64,000 nt of DNA from an uncultured Verrucomicrobiae bacterium (GTDB lineage Bacteria; Verrucomicrobiota; Verrucomicrobiia; Chthoniobacterales; JAFAMB01): contig CAWIPH010000002.1 in assembly GCA_963837955.1 (NCBI GenBank), positions 3,904,001-3,968,000 on the forward strand, written 5' to 3'. Shown one piece after another: positions 10,412-20,318 of this stretch. A program made the translations under genes and the position numbers. How positions within the stretch are numbered: position 1 is the stretch's first letter; each line of letters begins with the position of its first letter. Below the pieces are notes generated by a model, which was not told where the DNA came from, searched no databases, and saw only the letters and a program-made list of their open reading frames with translations.

Positions 10412-10434
10412 AAACGGAGAGGAAGCTGTCACGC

Positions 10435-11619
10435 TTACCGATTCCGCGCAATCCACTTCAGGGCACCTTCTCCGGCAATGGTTCCGGTCACAAAACAGCC
10501 CTGCAACAAATAACCACCGGTCGGAGCATCCCAATCGATCATTTCTCCGGCGCAAAACATACCGGGAAATTTTTTCAGCATGAGATGATTATCAAGTTCA
10601 TCCCAGGCGAGTCCGCCTGCCGAAGAGATCGCTTCCTCCACCGGCCGCGGCACAACCAATTCCACTTCGCATCCCTTGACGCCGGCCAATAACGTTGAAA
10701 AATCGGAGAAACATCCCTTCTCTTCGAGCAGGGCGACCGCCGCAGCGCTAAGTCGCCAGCTCTTGACCGCAGACTCCCTCAGTGAATCCCCTTGCCGCCA
10801 TCGGCGGCGTAGTTCCGTTTCGTCCAAGTCCGGTTTGAGATCGATCGTAACTTTGTGGTCTTGCCGCAACTCTCGCGTGAGCTGATAAATTACTCCGCCT
10901 TCCAGCCCGTAGCGAGTGATCAATAGCTCGCCTCGAACGGTTCTCCCAGCGCAGGTAGCCGCCACGTTCTTGAGCGGTTTGCCGTCTGCGACTTCCAGGA
11001 AACTCGCCGACCAAGCACATTCCCATCCCACGTTCGAAGGCGTAAAGGGCGTGACGGAGATCCCCATGGTGTTGAATTGCTCCGCCCACGTTCCGTCTGA
11101 ACCGGTCTGGGGCCAGGAAGCGCCTCCTAACGCGAAGACGACGACCCCTCCGGTTTCGAAAGCAAATTCAGCACCTTTCTGAAAGACGACATCAAATGGA
11201 CGCTGCCCCAAAAGGTGATGGAACTTGTACCCGGTTCGAATGTCGCAGCCGAGTCGGTAGAGCCGCTCCAACCAGCGTTCCAGGATTTCCGGAGCTCGCA
11301 TTGACTTTGGAAATACTCGCCCGCTGGTGCCGACAAACGTACGAACTCCCAGCTCTTCAAACCAGGCTCGAAGCTCTTCTGGGCGAAACGACTGGAGCAT
11401 GCGCTCCCATCGTTTGGGCGCGTCATACCGGCTAACAAAGAGATCATCTGCCTCTGAGTGGGTGATATTGAGACCGCCCCGACCGGCAACTAAGAATTTA
11501 CGACCTAACGAAGGTTTCTGTTCAAAAATCCGGGTCTCAACCCCAGCGGTCGCCAAAATCTCAGCCGCTCGCAAACCAGCCGGTCCAGCCCCAATCACCA
11601 ACGCACCGTGTTGATTCAC
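10435..11619 (-). CDS. HI0933/BaiN-like flavoprotein
   Basis: GAGPAG FAD motif, GRKFLVAGRGGLNITHSE and GEMIDWDAPTGGYLLQ. Confidence 0.9.
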   Translation of the reverse strand: MNQHGALVIGAGPAGLRAAEILATAGVETRIFEQKPSLGRKFLVAGRGGLNITHSEADDLFVSRYDAPKRWERMLQSFRPEELRAWFEELGVRTFVGTSGRVFPKSMRAPEILERWLERLYRLGCDIRTGYKFHHLLGQRPFDVVFQKGAEFAFETGGVVVFALGGASWPQTGSDGTWAEQFNTMGISVTPFTPSNVGWECAWSASFLEVADGKPLKNVAATCAGRTVRGELLITRYGLEGGVIYQLTRELRQDHKVTIDLKPDLDETELRRRWRQGDSLRESAVKSWRLSAAAVALLEEKGCFSDFSTLLAGVKGCEVELVVPRPVEEAISSAGGLAWDELDNHLMLKKFPGMFCAGEMIDWDAPTGGYLLQGCFVTGTIAGEGALKWIARNR

Positions 11620-12560
11620 CGGCTCAAATCCAGCATTCTTTCTATCGGTAAGACAGCCCGCCGCCGAACTGCCTCGGCGACTTCGATCTCAGGCTGAAGA
11701 AAATCAAGAGCATCTCGAAGTTTTTGCAGAGTATTCCGCTTCATGTACCGGCAGTCGGCACAGGAGCAATTGTCGGTCGGACCAGGAATAAAAGTCTTGT
11801 TGGGAACTTCTTTCTTAAGGCGATGAAGCATCCCGGATTCGGTAACGATGATGAAAGCCTCTGCGCTAGAGGATCGGCAGTAGCTCACCATCTTTTCCGT
11901 GGAACAAACTTCATCCGCTAGCATTCGGACGGCATACGTACACTCCGGGTGAGCCACGACAGGAGCATTTGGGTAGGCCTCGCGAATGGTGTTGATGCTG
12001 TTTTGGGTAAACTCGACATGCACGTAGCAAGCACCCCTCCAAAGATCCATTTTTCGTCCAGTCTTTTCCATGACCCACGAGCCGAGGTTTTGGTCAGGAA
12101 CGAAAAGGATATTCCGATCTGCCGGAGCGTTCTCAACCACTTTCACCGCATTACCACTGGTACAGATGATGTCCGAAAGTGCTTTCACTCCGGCACTGCA
12201 GTTGATGTAAGCAATGACGTAGTAATTCTCGTGCGCGTGTTTGCGCAAAAAAGCTTCCAACTGATCGGCCGGACACGAATCGGCCAGCGAGCAGCCGGCC
12301 TCGAGGTCTGGCAAGATTACTTTTTTCGTCGGATTGATGATCTTGGCGGTCTCCGCCATGAAGTGCACACCGCAAAAGACGATCACATCTGCATCGGCTT
12401 CTCTAGCGCGATAGCTCAGTCCAAGCGAGTCGCCTACGTAATCAGCGACATCCTGAATTTCCGGGACTTGATAGTTGTGCGCCAGAACGATCGCTCTTCG
12501 GTCGACCTTTAGTCTTTTGACCTCGGACGCAAGGTCATAACCTTCTTTCAATGCAACCAT
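11616..12560 (-). CDS. nadA: Quinolinate synthase
   Basis: LAHNYQ, GDSL, FCGVHFMAETAKI, AGCSLAD, AHPEC and CRYMK motifs. Confidence 0.97.
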   Translation of the reverse strand: MVALKEGYDLASEVKRLKVDRRAIVLAHNYQVPEIQDVADYVGDSLGLSYRAREADADVIVFCGVHFMAETAKIINPTKKVILPDLEAGCSLADSCPADQLEAFLRKHAHENYYVIAYINCSAGVKALSDIICTSGNAVKVVENAPADRNILFVPDQNLGSWVMEKTGRKMDLWRGACYVHVEFTQNSINTIREAYPNAPVVAHPECTYAVRMLADEVCSTEKMVSYCRSSSAEAFIIVTESGMLHRLKKEVPNKTFIPGPTDNCSCADCRYMKRNTLQKLRDALDFLQPEIEVAEAVRRRAVLPIERMLDLSR

Positions 12561-13016
12561 GGTATCAATAATAGCTATAATATCGTTTCCACTCCCTCGG
12601 GTTCAATCTCGTTTTCTTTAGCCATTCGCCCTCGAGATAAACCCAACAGCCTTAACCTGCTACCGCTCTGGCGATTTAGCTTTTCCCGCGCTTGGTCTTC
12701 CCTACGACGCCGCGGCTGCCGCCGGTTGCGTAACTTTTAGTTACGACCCCAAATCTCGCATTCTCTCTTCGGCCCAACAAGGTCTAGTCCTTTCCCCGTT
12801 CTGCTTCCTCTGTTTCTGACCCGAATGTGCCTTTTCCCCGAAATCCGCGGCCTGGGCTGCATAGCCCCTAGACGGAAGCGCTGCGGGCAGGTTCGGTGGG
12901 CCGGTTGGCGATACTCTTGGGGACCGGCCAAGCGGCGCGGTTCTATTGCATCTCAGCTAGCCATCCTTTCTGGCGTATCTTTCATTCTCGCCCGGTTTCC
13001 GACTTCCGGAGGCTGC

Positions 13017-14195
13017 CTAGCCAATCACCAACGCATCCACTGTTTCTCCCGCTGCGACTTCCTGTTTCGGACCCAATCGAACAAGCGCCTGCGATTGCGT
13101 GAGCCCAAACAGCGCATGTGATTCTTGAGGACCAACTAATGCAAAGGAGTCGCCAGTCAGTTTCCCTCGCAGGTAATGCGGGCGATCTCCCTCGTTACGC
13201 AACGGTTGGGCTGTGACCACCTTTTTCCGAGGGTTCGATTCTCCGTTCCAGCCTTGAAGACGTAACAACGCAGGTCGAACGAAGAGCAGAAAAGTCACGT
13301 ACGCAGAGACCGGATTGCCGGGTAAACCAAAGATAAGCTTGCCGCCCAACCGACCAAATAAGAACGGCTTGCCCGGGCGGACCGCAACCCGCCAAAGCGC
13401 GATCTCTGCTCCCAGTTTTCGGAGCATTGGTTTCACGAGATCTTTTTCGCCCACCGATACTCCGCCCGCGACCACCAGTACATCCGATCGCAACGCTTCA
13501 CTCAGGTTCTGCAAGTGCGCCTCTTCCTCGTCCGGAACTGGATCGAATTGAATCGGTACCGCGCCACTTTGCCGGATCAATTCGGCGAGCATGATCCCGT
13601 TAGTCTCATAGATTTCCCCGGGACCGAGCGTTTCGCCTAGTTTCCGCAGTTCGCTTCCGGTTACGACAATGCTCACGAGCGGACGACGGTAAACGCTTAC
13701 CCGGCTCAGCCCTTGCGAAGCAAACAAACCTAGCCGTTGCGCGTTCAGGCGCGCACCGGCTTCAGCGATCTTTTGTCCCTCGCAAAGATCACCACCCCGT
13801 ACACGGACGTTTTCACCTGAGTGCAGCTCCGCTCGTGCGATGATCTCGTTCTCGACTCGTTCCGCGTCTTCCTGCATCAAAACAGCATCGGCACCTTCTG
13901 GTAGTGGCGCTCCGGTGAAGATTCTCACAGCCCGACCGGATTCGACTCGAAGTTGCTGGTCAAGTCCGGCTGATTGTTCGCCCACTACAGTCAAGCGCGC
14001 TCCCGGCCGAACTTCCTGAGCGATAACGGCATAGCCGTCCATCGACGAATTGTTAAACGCGGGCAGTGCAATCTTGGCAAACGTGGTGGTCGCCAAAATG
14101 CGATCGCCGACCTGGCCAAGTGGTAGTTCTTCGGCGGCCAGAGTTTGGGTCGCATCCAGGATGCGCTGCAGGGTTTCTTGCTCAGTGAGCAACAT
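13017..14195 (-). CDS. moeA: Molybdopterin molybdotransferase
   Basis: SMDGYAV, IFTGAPLPEGADAV, GGVSVG, RPGKP and GLPGNPVSA motifs. Confidence 0.95.
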   Translation of the reverse strand: MLLTEQETLQRILDATQTLAAEELPLGQVGDRILATTTFAKIALPAFNNSSMDGYAVIAQEVRPGARLTVVGEQSAGLDQQLRVESGRAVRIFTGAPLPEGADAVLMQEDAERVENEIIARAELHSGENVRVRGGDLCEGQKIAEAGARLNAQRLGLFASQGLSRVSVYRRPLVSIVVTGSELRKLGETLGPGEIYETNGIMLAELIRQSGAVPIQFDPVPDEEEAHLQNLSEALRSDVLVVAGGVSVGEKDLVKPMLRKLGAEIALWRVAVRPGKPFLFGRLGGKLIFGLPGNPVSAYVTFLLFVRPALLRLQGWNGESNPRKKVVTAQPLRNEGDRPHYLRGKLTGDSFALVGPQESHALFGLTQSQALVRLGPKQEVAAGETVDALVIG

Positions 14196-16749
14196 CGGAG
14201 TGATTTACCATTGGCTTCAGGTCAAACGGCCCAGTTAGACGAAGATCTCGCGAGGAGGCGCCTACCTCAAGTTCATATCTGCCAGCGTCAGTTTTAAACT
14301 GATGAGTTACCGGATCGAAGTGCTGAAAGGCCCTCGGATCGACCGCGAAGTCGACCTCTTTTTTTTCGCCCGGGTTTAACCAAACTTTGAGAAAACCTTT
14401 GAGCTCGCGCACTGGCCGCTCCACCGTCGGATCGAGCGGGTGAACATACAATTGAGCGATCTCTGCACCTGGCCTGTCTCCGACGTTCGTAATCTCACAT
14501 CTTACTTGAACCGGCTCTCCGACTGATGCAGTCCGGGGACCAATCTCTAGATTGGAATACTCAAATTGGGTGTAGGAGAGGCCGAATCCAAAGGGAAATC
14601 GAGGTTCGATCGCGAAGTGATCATAGCCCCGATAGCCTACGAAGATGCCTTCCCCATAGTTAACGGTTTCTCCGCCGTCCCGTGACGGATAATTCGCCGC
14701 TGCCGGATTGTCCGCGAACGTCTTCTCAAACGTGACTGGCAACTTACCCGATGGGTTTATTTCGCCGTCCAGTACTGTCGCCAACGCACGTCCACCTTCC
14801 TGCCCCGGATACCAAGCGTGCAACAATACCGGGACCTTATCCAACCAAGAAGTCATATCGACATTGCCGCCGGCAAATAAGATCACCGCAGTCCGTGGAT
14901 TTTTCTCCGCCACATTTCTAATCAATGCGTCTTGCAGGTCGGGTAACGCGAATGTGCGATCTGCACCTTCTCCCTCAGTTCCGTCGTCGAATCCGGCGCC
15001 GACAATTGCGACGTCGTAGTCGCTAATCGTGTCGGGTACTGCCAACGAGGCCCAAGCGAACTGAGCAACTGCTCCGCCGCCGTTGTTATGATAGTCGATG
15101 CGAAGCTCGTAGGTTTTTCCGGCTTCCAAACGACGGGTAGCTGCGACGGTCCGTGGAGCGTGGTCTGCCCAATCATCAATGATCAATTCGCCGTTCAAAA
15201 AGACGCGGATGCCATCATCCGAACGGGCCCGAAAAACGTGTGGTCCAGCATCGGAGGCGCGAATCAATCCTGTCCAGCGAACAGAAAATCGATCTGAGGA
15301 GAGCTGTGGTAGCGAGGCACCGGTCAGCCAATCAAAATCAACTTGCGAATCGATCCGGGTGGCAACCGGCCGGCCCGACAAAGTCGGGTTATCGAAGTAT
15401 TCCCCTTTTAGTCCAGGTTCCAAGTTTCCAGCTTCGTCCGAGTGAAGAAACTGGGCGGTCTTAAATGAGCCGACCCCAGCATCAAAGTAGTCGATCTTTA
15501 CTTGCGAACCGAACACTTCACGCAAGCCATCTAGCAGGCTTACCGAGTTGGCCGGGTGCACGAATGAACTTCCCCAACCGGTTGGAACCCCAGGATGCGC
15601 ATCGGGACCCAACACCGCGATGCTGCGTACTTTCTTGCGATCAAGCGGCAGCATCTTTCCCTCATTCTTTAGCAGGACTATTCCTTCCTGGGCAACAGCT
15701 AGCGCGGTTGCCGCACTCATTGGATCTGCCTCCGGAATGGTCGGATCCAACTGGGGTCGGTCCAGGAAACCGTTGCGAACAATTAATCGCAGAATTCTTC
15801 GGACCTTGTCATCAATTTGACTGAGTGACAGCTGTTGTTTCGTCAATAAAGACAAGAGCGTCCTCGGGTTGAAATAGGTTCCCGAAGGCATCTCGAGATC
15901 GAGCCCGCCGGTGGCTGCAGCCAACGTATCATGAGTCGCACCCCAATCGGACATTAATACGCCAGGGAATCCCCACTCGGACTTTAGCACCTGCAGATTG
16001 AGAAATCGGCTCTCGGTGCAGAATGAACCGTTCACTCGATTGTAAGCATCCATCACTGCTCCCGCTTTTCCTTCTTTGACCGCAGCCTCGAATGCCGGCA
16101 AATAAATCTCTCGAAGAGGGCGTTCGTCTACCACTGCGCTGATTCCCATGCGATTGAACTCCTGGTTGTTGACCGCAAAATGTTTCACGGTCGCCACCAC
16201 GCCCTGGCTCTGCACCCCGCGAACAAACGGTACGACCAGCTGACTCGCCAAATAAGGATCTTCACCGGCGAGATACTCAAAGTTTCTTCCGCATACGGGC
16301 ACTCGGTTAATATTCACTCCGGGAGCAAGCAGAATATGGATGCCACGCGCCCGGCAATCACGGCCCATGGCAACGCCCTCCTTCGCGACCAGCAACGGAT
16401 TCCAAGTCGCGGCTAAAGCTATCCCGGCAGGATACCGCGTGCTCGGGCGATCCTGGCGGACGCCGATGGGACCATCGCTCATTCGGATCTCAGGCAGTCC
16501 AAGTCGCGGGATAGGCCGAATCGACATCGCATGAATCCCGCCGATGTACTCAAGCTTCTCCTTCAAGGTCATACGCGCGAGCAACTCTTCAGCGCGTTGA
16601 TCCAATTGGTCGGCCCGGGCGTTCACGCCGCCGATGCTTGGGCCGATTATCGAAACCAGCGCAACCGAGCTCGCGATCCGTCGCGCGATTCCTGCCACGA
16701 CCGATTTGATCCACCGTTTAGCGGAATGAGGAGTAAGCGAAAGAAACAT
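14182..16749 (-). CDS. GH3 beta-glucosidase with PA14 and Fn3-like domains
   Basis: SDGPIGVR, GRNFEY, KHFAVNNQE, MSDWG nucleophile, PA14 insert, FPFGFGLSYT. Confidence 0.95.
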   Translation of the reverse strand: MFLSLTPHSAKRWIKSVVAGIARRIASSVALVSIIGPSIGGVNARADQLDQRAEELLARMTLKEKLEYIGGIHAMSIRPIPRLGLPEIRMSDGPIGVRQDRPSTRYPAGIALAATWNPLLVAKEGVAMGRDCRARGIHILLAPGVNINRVPVCGRNFEYLAGEDPYLASQLVVPFVRGVQSQGVVATVKHFAVNNQEFNRMGISAVVDERPLREIYLPAFEAAVKEGKAGAVMDAYNRVNGSFCTESRFLNLQVLKSEWGFPGVLMSDWGATHDTLAAATGGLDLEMPSGTYFNPRTLLSLLTKQQLSLSQIDDKVRRILRLIVRNGFLDRPQLDPTIPEADPMSAATALAVAQEGIVLLKNEGKMLPLDRKKVRSIAVLGPDAHPGVPTGWGSSFVHPANSVSLLDGLREVFGSQVKIDYFDAGVGSFKTAQFLHSDEAGNLEPGLKGEYFDNPTLSGRPVATRIDSQVDFDWLTGASLPQLSSDRFSVRWTGLIRASDAGPHVFRARSDDGIRVFLNGELIIDDWADHAPRTVAATRRLEAGKTYELRIDYHNNGGGAVAQFAWASLAVPDTISDYDVAIVGAGFDDGTEGEGADRTFALPDLQDALIRNVAEKNPRTAVILFAGGNVDMTSWLDKVPVLLHAWYPGQEGGRALATVLDGEINPSGKLPVTFEKTFADNPAAANYPSRDGGETVNYGEGIFVGYRGYDHFAIEPRFPFGFGLSYTQFEYSNLEIGPRTASVGEPVQVRCEITNVGDRPGAEIAQLYVHPLDPTVERPVRELKGFLKVWLNPGEKKEVDFAVDPRAFQHFDPVTHQFKTDAGRYELEVGASSRDLRLTGPFDLKPMVNHSDVAH

Positions 16750-17064
16750 CAGAAAAAACCTGGTTCAAGTGAGGTCCCTCGGTACGAGTGAACGAGAGAT
16801 TTCCTTTGTCAACGAACGGCTGAGGTTATTCGCCTAAAGGTGAGAACGGATCTCGGCTCCAGGCTGGAGCTGGTGGCGATAGTTCCTTAGCGCGTTGGGC
16901 GACTGCCAGAACAGGGGAATCGGGCTGCGAGACGTCGAATTGAAGCAGCCGTGTCCAGTTACTCCAATTCGCCGCGGTCCCGGAAAGCTGATGCCCGTCT
17001 CATGCGCCTCAACATAGGGCTCGCTATCAGGCTCACAAATTTGAACCAACGGATGAAGAAATCC

Positions 17065-17284
17065 GTCCCGGAGGGACCAATGAAAGTAGCCCAGTACGAA
17101 GTGCTGGGAAATGATGCAAAGAGGCGCGTCCGTCCCGGAGGGACGATCGAAATGCTCGGTTCTGGCCTCGGATGCTCCTTCCAGAGCACAAGCAACCATC
17201 GATCGTCCCATCCGGGACGCGTCGCTCTAAAAAAGACGACCCAGCAATAAATTGCTGGGCTACTTTCATTGGTCCCTCCGGGAC
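17065..17284. repeat. 220-bp palindromic REPIN/MITE-like element (GTCCC family)
   Basis: Perfect 30-bp terminal inverted repeats GTCCCGGAGGGACCAATGAAAGTAGCCCAG. A related copy lies at 59308-59534. Confidence 0.9.
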
Positions 17285-17364
17285 CGATTTCTTCAACCCT
17301 TGGCTCAGCTTTGTGATCCTGGTTGCGACCTAATGTTGACGCGCTGGGCAACCGCAAGGCCGAA

Positions 17365-17931
17365 CTATGATGAATCGCGGGCTCGCGAAATTTGTCCATC
17401 CGAACTTGGAAGCGGCTTGATACTCTGACCAATCTCCCTCAGATCCTTCTCGTACTTTTTCTCCCCTTCCGGCGACGCCCAGTAAGTTAGCAAGAGGCCT
17501 TTTTGAGGCGTCACCATCACGATGCTGAGACTCACATTGCAGGCCCCCTCAGAGTCTTTTCCATCCCAACTGACGTCAACCACATCGAGCCCGTTTACCT
17601 TGGCCTTTGTTTTTTTGACAGAGACCACATCGACTGTCACCCCCTTCTTAGCCAGTTGCTTCATCGCCTGCATCATCGAACTGGTGGCATCATCAGCGCT
17701 CGCAATGTCAGTAGCTTCGATCGCGATATAAACTGTCCCATCATCCGAAGTGGCTTCGACACCATTTTCATACTCGGATGGGTTCCAAGAAGCAGGAATG
17801 GTAAAAGAGGCAACCGGGTTAACGTCCGGCAATGTGAAATCGTTGGCCCGCACGGAGACGGTCAGCGCGGCTCCAGTAATTACGGAAAGTACGAATCTTT
17901 GCACTTCGCCGCTTTTTATCAGGGCTGCCAA
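17365..17931 (-). CDS. Secreted hypothetical protein
   Basis: Signal-peptide-like N-terminus. Start uncertain. Confidence 0.6.
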   Translation of the reverse strand: MAALIKSGEVQRFVLSVITGAALTVSVRANDFTLPDVNPVASFTIPASWNPSEYENGVEATSDDGTVYIAIEATDIASADDATSSMMQAMKQLAKKGVTVDVVSVKKTKAKVNGLDVVDVSWDGKDSEGACNVSLSIVMVTPQKGLLLTYWASPEGEKKYEKDLREIGQSIKPLPSSDGQISRARDSS

Positions 17932-18078
17932 GTAGGCGTCAAGACAGGCGCACCGAGCGCGGCTAAATGGCTCGCAATCTCGAAAAATAGCAATCTTCCA
18001 GAAAAGTTGACCAATCGGTACAGTTTTGCCTTGATTTTTCAGCCAACCTCCCTAAGGCTAAGGGGGTCGGTATACTAG

Positions 18079-18159
18079 ATGGTCAATCATGCACTCCGTA
18101 CGGTTCGCTACACCAGTTCAGCCAACTCAGCGATTGCTTGGCGAGCGCGCCGGGAATAG
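18079..18159 (+). promoter_or_regulatory. Candidate leader peptide (uORF MVNHALRTVRYTSSANSAIAWRARRE) upstream of MFS gene
   Basis: 26-codon ORF after an AGGGGG tract. Its stop lies inside a GCGCCG/CGGCGC stem. Confidence 0.35.
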
Positions 18160-18228
18160 GAACCTTCTGCAATCTGCGCGGCGCCATGTTTATCAGGCAT
18201 CGCCAAAAGCTATCCGGCGTCGCCCCTG

Positions 18229-19452
18229 ATGGATTCCTCTTTGACCACCGTTGCTGGTTCGCCCCCGCATAGCCAGGCTGACCGAACGAGCGAAAACGTC
18301 AACACCATCGGACCCTCGTTCCCTTTGATTTTCCTCTTAGCCACGACCGCCGGCCTTGTGGTGATGAATATCTATTACAATCAACCGATCCTGAACGCGA
18401 TCGGCAGCTCGCTCAACGTCAATGCATCCGCTGTGGCCTGGGTCTCGACCGCTACCCAGCTTGGCTATGCAGCGGGACTCCTATTCATTTTGCCAATCGG
18501 AGACAGCGTCGACCGAAAATTGCTAATTACAGTGACGACTCTACTTTCTTCACTCGCTCTCGTGACGATTCCGTTGTCGTCCAATCTGCCGGTGATGCTG
18601 GTTTCCAGCTTCGCCGTTGGAGTCACCTCAGTGACTCCGCAGCTCGTTGTGCCATATGCTGCAAGCCTGGTTCCCGGAACGGGCCGCGGCAAAGTGGTCG
18701 GTATCGTGATGAGCGGATTGCTTATAGGGATTCTCGCTTCACGGAGTGTGAGCGGATTTATCGCCAGCCGGCTGTCGTGGCACACCGTCTTCTGGGTGGC
18801 GGCCGGCGCGATGCTTCTGCTTGGCGGGGTCCTATGGGTAGCGCTTCCATCGCAACCGACCCGCAGCACTACTTCTTACGGGCGTTTGCTCGCATCCTTG
18901 CCATCTCTCTTAAGATCGGAGCCGATCATCCGACGTCATAGTGCGATTGGCGCTCTCGGCTTCGGAACCTTCGGCGCTTTCTGGACAACGCTTGCTTTCT
19001 ATCTTCACTCACGGCCGGAGCACTATGGTAGCGACGTGACCGGGATGTTTGGCCTGGTGGCGATCACCGGCGCTTTGGTCGCACCTTTGGCCGGCCATTT
19101 TGCCGAGAAATACAGTCCTCGAAGGATCAACGGGATGTTCTTGCTTCTCGTTCTCTTTGCTTTCGTCACGATGTTGTTCAGCGGTCAGAACACTCTCCTG
19201 CTGCTGGGCGCAGGCGTCCTTCTATTGGATGCCGGAGTTCAAGGAAATCAGATCGCCAATCAAGCCAGGATCTATTCTTTAGCGCCTGCGCTCCATAGCC
19301 GAATTAATTCGGTGTATATGGTGATCTACTTCTTGGGTGGCGCACTCGGATCGATAATCGGAGCTCAAGCCTGGGCGCTGGCCGGATGGCCCGGAGTCTG
19401 TGCCACTGGGATGGTGCTCGCGGCGGCAGCGTTAGTAGTTCTTTGGCTTTAG
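18229..19452 (+). CDS. MFS transporter
   Basis: About 12 hydrophobic segments. YYNQP, QLGYAAGLLF.PIGD..DRK and GLLIGILASR motifs. Confidence 0.92.
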   Translation: MDSSLTTVAGSPPHSQADRTSENVNTIGPSFPLIFLLATTAGLVVMNIYYNQPILNAIGSSLNVNASAVAWVSTATQLGYAAGLLFILPIGDSVDRKLLITVTTLLSSLALVTIPLSSNLPVMLVSSFAVGVTSVTPQLVVPYAASLVPGTGRGKVVGIVMSGLLIGILASRSVSGFIASRLSWHTVFWVAAGAMLLLGGVLWVALPSQPTRSTTSYGRLLASLPSLLRSEPIIRRHSAIGALGFGTFGAFWTTLAFYLHSRPEHYGSDVTGMFGLVAITGALVAPLAGHFAEKYSPRRINGMFLLLVLFAFVTMLFSGQNTLLLLGAGVLLLDAGVQGNQIANQARIYSLAPALHSRINSVYMVIYFLGGALGSIIGAQAWALAGWPGVCATGMVLAAAALVVLWL

Positions 19453-19480
19453 GCTGATTCTTCCGGGACGACGAATTCAA

Positions 19481-19508
19481 CGGTGAGGCAGGGATTCGAA
19501 CCCTGGGT
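19481..19508 (-). mobile_element. att site: 28-bp copy of the tRNA-Ser 3' end (distal end of island B)
   Basis: CGGTGAGGCAGGGATTCGAACCCTGGGT is identical to 48492-48519. Confidence 0.9.
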
Positions 19509-19817
19509 CCAACATAACGTTTCCAATGCAGCCCCACTGTTCGAGCGGGTGGCAGAAGTCTTCGGAGGGTTGCTCATTCCTCCTGAGAAAACAGGGAGTG
19601 TAAGCCAACGATAGTAGGCGACTTCTGGCTGAAAATGGCCTATTTTCTTTTGACCTAGAATCTCGATTCTACGCGGTTGTCTCAAGAGCTGCTCAAGTGG
19701 CCTAGCGTTAAATCCACGCCGATCGAAGTCCCAGGAACCGAAACGGCCAAAAGGCCGCGAAAGTGTTCAAAGAGCAGAAAGCATTGAAATGGCGTTCTTA
19801 CGCCTAGTAGGTATCAA

Positions 19818-20078
19818 ATGAACGAATTCACAGCCAAAAACGAGCAGGCCTTTCTTGACGCCTGCGGAGCAATAGGTGTTGAGCCTAACGCAATGATTGA
19901 GCCGCATAAAGAGCGATACCTTGTGTCGGAATTCTTAAAAGATCCAGTGTCGTGGCTGAAAACTGAGCTCCTGTATTACTCTTACACGACGCCGGAAGAG
20001 GCCCAGAAGGTCGCCAACGGCATCGATCGAATGATCAGTGCTCCAAATAGTGTTCACCGGGTTCTCATCGGGGCGTGA
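19818..20078 (+). CDS. Hypothetical protein
   Basis: 86-aa ORF with ATG start and a weak RBS. No recognised motif. Confidence 0.4.
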   Translation: MNEFTAKNEQAFLDACGAIGVEPNAMIEPHKERYLVSEFLKDPVSWLKTELLYYSYTTPEEAQKVANGIDRMISAPNSVHRVLIGA

Positions 20079-20318
20079 TCGAGCAGACGGGGCGCCGAGC
20101 TTTTGGATGATCCGCTCGCACAACACAAAGGACGGGTCGTTCAGTCGTGCCGGCGAAAAGCTCTCGACGGAACTGGGAGAAATGACTGTCGGCTTTAGGT
20201 TCGGCAAACACGTCCCCTGGGCAAAGGCATCTAACTTGACCTTGGCAAGAGAGCGCCTCGCTCAGCGTTAATCAATGAATTTAGCAATGAAGTTAACCCC
20301 CAGAGAAAAACGGAAGAT

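Noticed and set aside
12561..13016. NAD+ (nadA motif) riboswitch upstream of nadA
   Set aside because: I could not find the recalled consensus or a convincing tandem fold. An Rfam scan would settle it.
16834..17432. Overlapping 87-157 aa ORFs
   Set aside because: They are translations of the palindromic repeat. The same peptides recur at 59321-59678.
19481..19508. Additional tRNA genes at 19481 and 27601
   Set aside because: Only the T-arm and acceptor 3' strand are present, so these are att remnants.
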